A stretch of 64,000 bases of DNA from positions 1,292 to 65,291 of the forward strand of contig CALVQD010000003.1 of assembly GCA_944355255.1 (NCBI GenBank). Direction: 5' to 3'. The DNA comes from an uncultured Bacilli bacterium. GTDB taxonomy: Bacteria > Bacillota_I > Bacilli_A > RF39 > UBA660. The translations under genes and the position numbers were made by a program. A model generated the notes under the pieces. The model ran no database searches, was not told where the DNA came from, and saw only the letters and a list, made by a program, of their open reading frames with translations. The stretch's first letter is position 1; each line of letters starts with the position of its first letter. Of this stretch, positions 61,793-64,000 are shown one piece after another.

Positions 61793-63022
61793 ATGAGATT
61801 AGTTGCAATCCCTAACTATGAAGATTATTGTATTGATGCGATGTTTGATGGTTATAAATGGGACCCACAGTTTTTAGATCACAACACGCTTTCCAGATAT
61901 GCTTTGGTACTGACAGAACAAGAAGCAAAGGAAGTAGCTGGTTTCACAGAGAAATTAGATATAGAAACAAGGAATGCTGAAGTGTATTTAAATCATCATT
62001 TAGAATTAACAAAAAAATTAAAAATACCGAGACAGATTAAAAAAGAATTAAAGAGAATGAAAAACTATGATGCAGAGAAACATATTCGTTTGATGCGTTA
62101 TGATTTTCACCCCACACAGGAACATAAATGGGTGATTAGTGAAGTCAATAGTGATGTTCCTGGTGGTTTTGCTGAGGCATCATTACTACCTCTTTTAGCG
62201 TGTAATTATATCAATTCAAAAAAGTATGTAAGCATGAACTTTGGAGATTGTCTTGCTACAGCGATTACCAATAAAATAAAACCAAAGGGAACGATTATGT
62301 TTGTGCATTGTACTTCTTATAGTGATGATCGCCAAGTGATGCAGTATATTGGAGATCATATGGAAGCGTTAGGATATCGTGTCATCTATGGAGCCAGTGA
62401 TCATATTCAGTTTCAAAATAAAGAAGCAGTGAGTATCTTAGACGGATATCAAGAAAAAATTGATTGTATTGTTCGTTTTACGCCATTGGAATGGTTAAAA
62501 GATATGAAACCTAAGACATGGGGTGGTTATTTTGATACCGTAACTCCATCTTGTAACCATCCGATTGCTATTTTTGCTCAGACCAAACGTTTTCCCCTGA
62601 TATGGGATGAATTAGAAAAACATGGAATTCAGTTAAATACTTGGAAACAGTTACTACCACATACCATTGAAGTGAAAGATGTAAAAGGAAAAAGTGGTTA
62701 TATTTATAAACCAGCTTGGGGTAGAGTGGGAGAGAAAATATCGATTCAGGAAGCTTGTGATGAGGAAGAATATCAAGCTATCTTAAAAGATGTAAAAAAA
62801 CATCCTAGTCATTATTTAGCGCAACAGAAATTTCATAGTATGCCTCTTAAAAGTCCTGATGGGACATACTTTCATGTCTGTTTAGGTTCTTATACAGTAG
62901 ATGGTAAACATGCAGGATTTTATGCGCGTATGAGTGAGAAATCTAGGATTGATTCTGAGGCAGAAGATATACCTGTGTTGATAGAAAGGAGTCATAAAAA
63001 TGGATCGAAAAGAAATCTATAA
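61793..63022 (+). CDS. glutathionylspermidine-synthase-family ATP-grasp amide ligase (YgiC/YjfC-like; substrate unknown)
   Basis: The C-terminal half is collinear with E. coli YgiC: YIYKPAWGRVGEKISI vs YVVKPIFSREGANVSI; QQKFHSMPL vs QQFHPLPKF; and the C-terminal GFYARMSEK block. Confidence 0.55.
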   Translation: MRLVAIPNYEDYCIDAMFDGYKWDPQFLDHNTLSRYALVLTEQEAKEVAGFTEKLDIETRNAEVYLNHHLELTKKLKIPRQIKKELKRMKNYDAEKHIRLMRYDFHPTQEHKWVISEVNSDVPGGFAEASLLPLLACNYINSKKYVSMNFGDCLATAITNKIKPKGTIMFVHCTSYSDDRQVMQYIGDHMEALGYRVIYGASDHIQFQNKEAVSILDGYQEKIDCIVRFTPLEWLKDMKPKTWGGYFDTVTPSCNHPIAIFAQTKRFPLIWDELEKHGIQLNTWKQLLPHTIEVKDVKGKSGYIYKPAWGRVGEKISIQEACDEEEYQAILKDVKKHPSHYLAQQKFHSMPLKSPDGTYFHVCLGSYTVDGKHAGFYARMSEKSRIDSEAEDIPVLIERSHKNGSKRNL

Positions 63023-63650
63023 AATATGGGCTCCACGTGATTGTAAATGGAGTGCTTGGGTAAGACCAGTACCATTTGTTGGAATTGATTCATCATATCA
63101 AAATCATGAATGGATCGATTATACAATTCCTACGATTCGCTATCTATCAGGATATCAAAGTGATACAGTAATCATTCTAGATATAGATGGTATTGATAGT
63201 ATCAAAGAAGGAATTGCACTCGCTAAACTAGGATATTGTCCTGTTCCTATTTTTAATGGGACAAACCCACCACAAGGAACAAAGGGAACTACAGATAATC
63301 AAAGAATCGAACCAGTACTGGTGTGGGGAGCTCAAGAATTACAAAAAATAAAACGAGTAAATCATGCTGCTCCTGTATTTCTTTTAGATGCCAATCGTTT
63401 GAATCGTTATAAAGTAAATCCTTCTATTTTTGATAATAGTTGGGATATTTATCCACAGGATATTCCATCTCCACATTATTTTTTAAAGCAGGGGATTACC
63501 AAAATAATTGTCAGAGGAAATCAATTACACCCTGATTTAAGTAAAGTATTATATAAATATCAAAAGAATCACATACAAATATTATTTACCAATGGATATG
63601 AAGAACCAAAGATTGTCAAAATCAAGAAACCAAAGAAAGTAGAACTTTAG
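63000..63650 (+). CDS. hypothetical protein translationally coupled to the GspS-family gene
   Basis: Overlaps the upstream gene by 23 nt. No motif recognised. Confidence 0.5.
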   Translation: MDRKEIYKIWAPRDCKWSAWVRPVPFVGIDSSYQNHEWIDYTIPTIRYLSGYQSDTVIILDIDGIDSIKEGIALAKLGYCPVPIFNGTNPPQGTKGTTDNQRIEPVLVWGAQELQKIKRVNHAAPVFLLDANRLNRYKVNPSIFDNSWDIYPQDIPSPHYFLKQGITKIIVRGNQLHPDLSKVLYKYQKNHIQILFTNGYEEPKIVKIKKPKKVEL

Positions 63651-63669
63651 ATAGGAGAAGTGAAGACAG

Positions 63670-64000
63670 GTGATAAAGTATACAGGAAAGATTGTTCAAT
63701 TTGGATTTGGAGCTGTCGGCAAAAGTTTCTTTGAAAAAGTATCTAAAGAGATTTCTTTTTATGAGAATCGTTATATTGTTATTACAGGAAATCCAAATGA
63801 ATTTGAAGCCTATATCAATATGGGAGGTATTGCTACTAACTTTTATGTATATGATGTAAATCGAGAAAATTATCAAGAAATATTTGGTCAGTTTTTAAGT
63901 GAAGGGGATTTATTGATTGATTTTGCGGACGCTGTAGGGACAAGAGATATATGTAAGTGGTGTTGTGAACATAATATTATGTACTTGAATACAGGGGAAG
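63670..64000 (+). CDS. homospermidine-synthase-like / saccharopine-dehydrogenase-family NAD(P) enzyme (3' partial)
   Basis: GTG start after SD AGGAGAAG. Rossmann motif KIVQFGFGAVGKS. Downstream blocks VNRENYQEIF and LIDFADAVGTRDICKWCCEHNIMYLNTGE resemble the bacterial Hss N-terminus as I remember it. Confidence 0.5.
   Translation, partial: MIKYTGKIVQFGFGAVGKSFFEKVSKEISFYENRYIVITGNPNEFEAYINMGGIATNFYVYDVNRENYQEIFGQFLSEGDLLIDFADAVGTRDICKWCCEHNIMYLNTGE

Noticed and set aside
63622-63876. Minus-strand ORF 63622-63876
   Set aside because: It overlaps the plus-strand Hss-like gene, which has a Rossmann motif and an SD. Its translation is low complexity.
1-64000. CRISPR arrays, tRNA or rRNA genes
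   Set aside because: No regularly spaced direct repeats and no tRNA-like or rRNA-like conserved stretches were seen on reading either strand.

Overview
This is an AT-rich (about 30% GC) chromosomal segment from a low-GC Gram-positive bacterium (Firmicutes). The organism is probably a spore-former, because yunB, yqfC/yabP-family and yqfD homologues are present. Most of the window is conserved housekeeping backbone: polC, nrdDG, polA, a T-box-controlled serS, fpg, T-box-controlled pheST, murT-gatD, yqfCD-ybeY-dgkA-cdd-era-recO, T-box-controlled glyQS, and rimM-trmD-rplS-lepB. Several accessory insertions sit in this backbone. (1) A roughly 1.1 kb IS element with imperfect terminal inverted repeats and an rve-type DDE transposase lies next to two unknown ORFs downstream of a divergent clpX. 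(2) A surface-protein island (29.2-35.1 kb) carries two putative thioester-domain/CnaB adhesins, each followed by its own small sortase and each ending in a non-canonical xPxTx sorting motif. (3) Two M15B (VanY-like) carboxypeptidases sit in tandem with a CDF transporter, a PBP5-like DacA and an ABC-F ATPase that is preceded by a 9-codon uORF. (4) Two orphan prepilin-type pseudopilin genes. (5) A dgkA tandem duplication. (6) A Lys-rich ORF is wedged between trmD and rplS. (7) At the 3' end there is a GspS-family (YgiC/YjfC-like) ATP-grasp gene, translationally coupled to an unknown ORF and followed by a homospermidine-synthase-like gene; this looks like an undescribed polyamine-conjugation cluster. 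No rRNA, tRNA or CRISPR arrays were seen. Three T-box leaders and many rho-independent terminators are recognisable. All calls rest on reading motifs in the supplied translations and sequence; no database search was possible.
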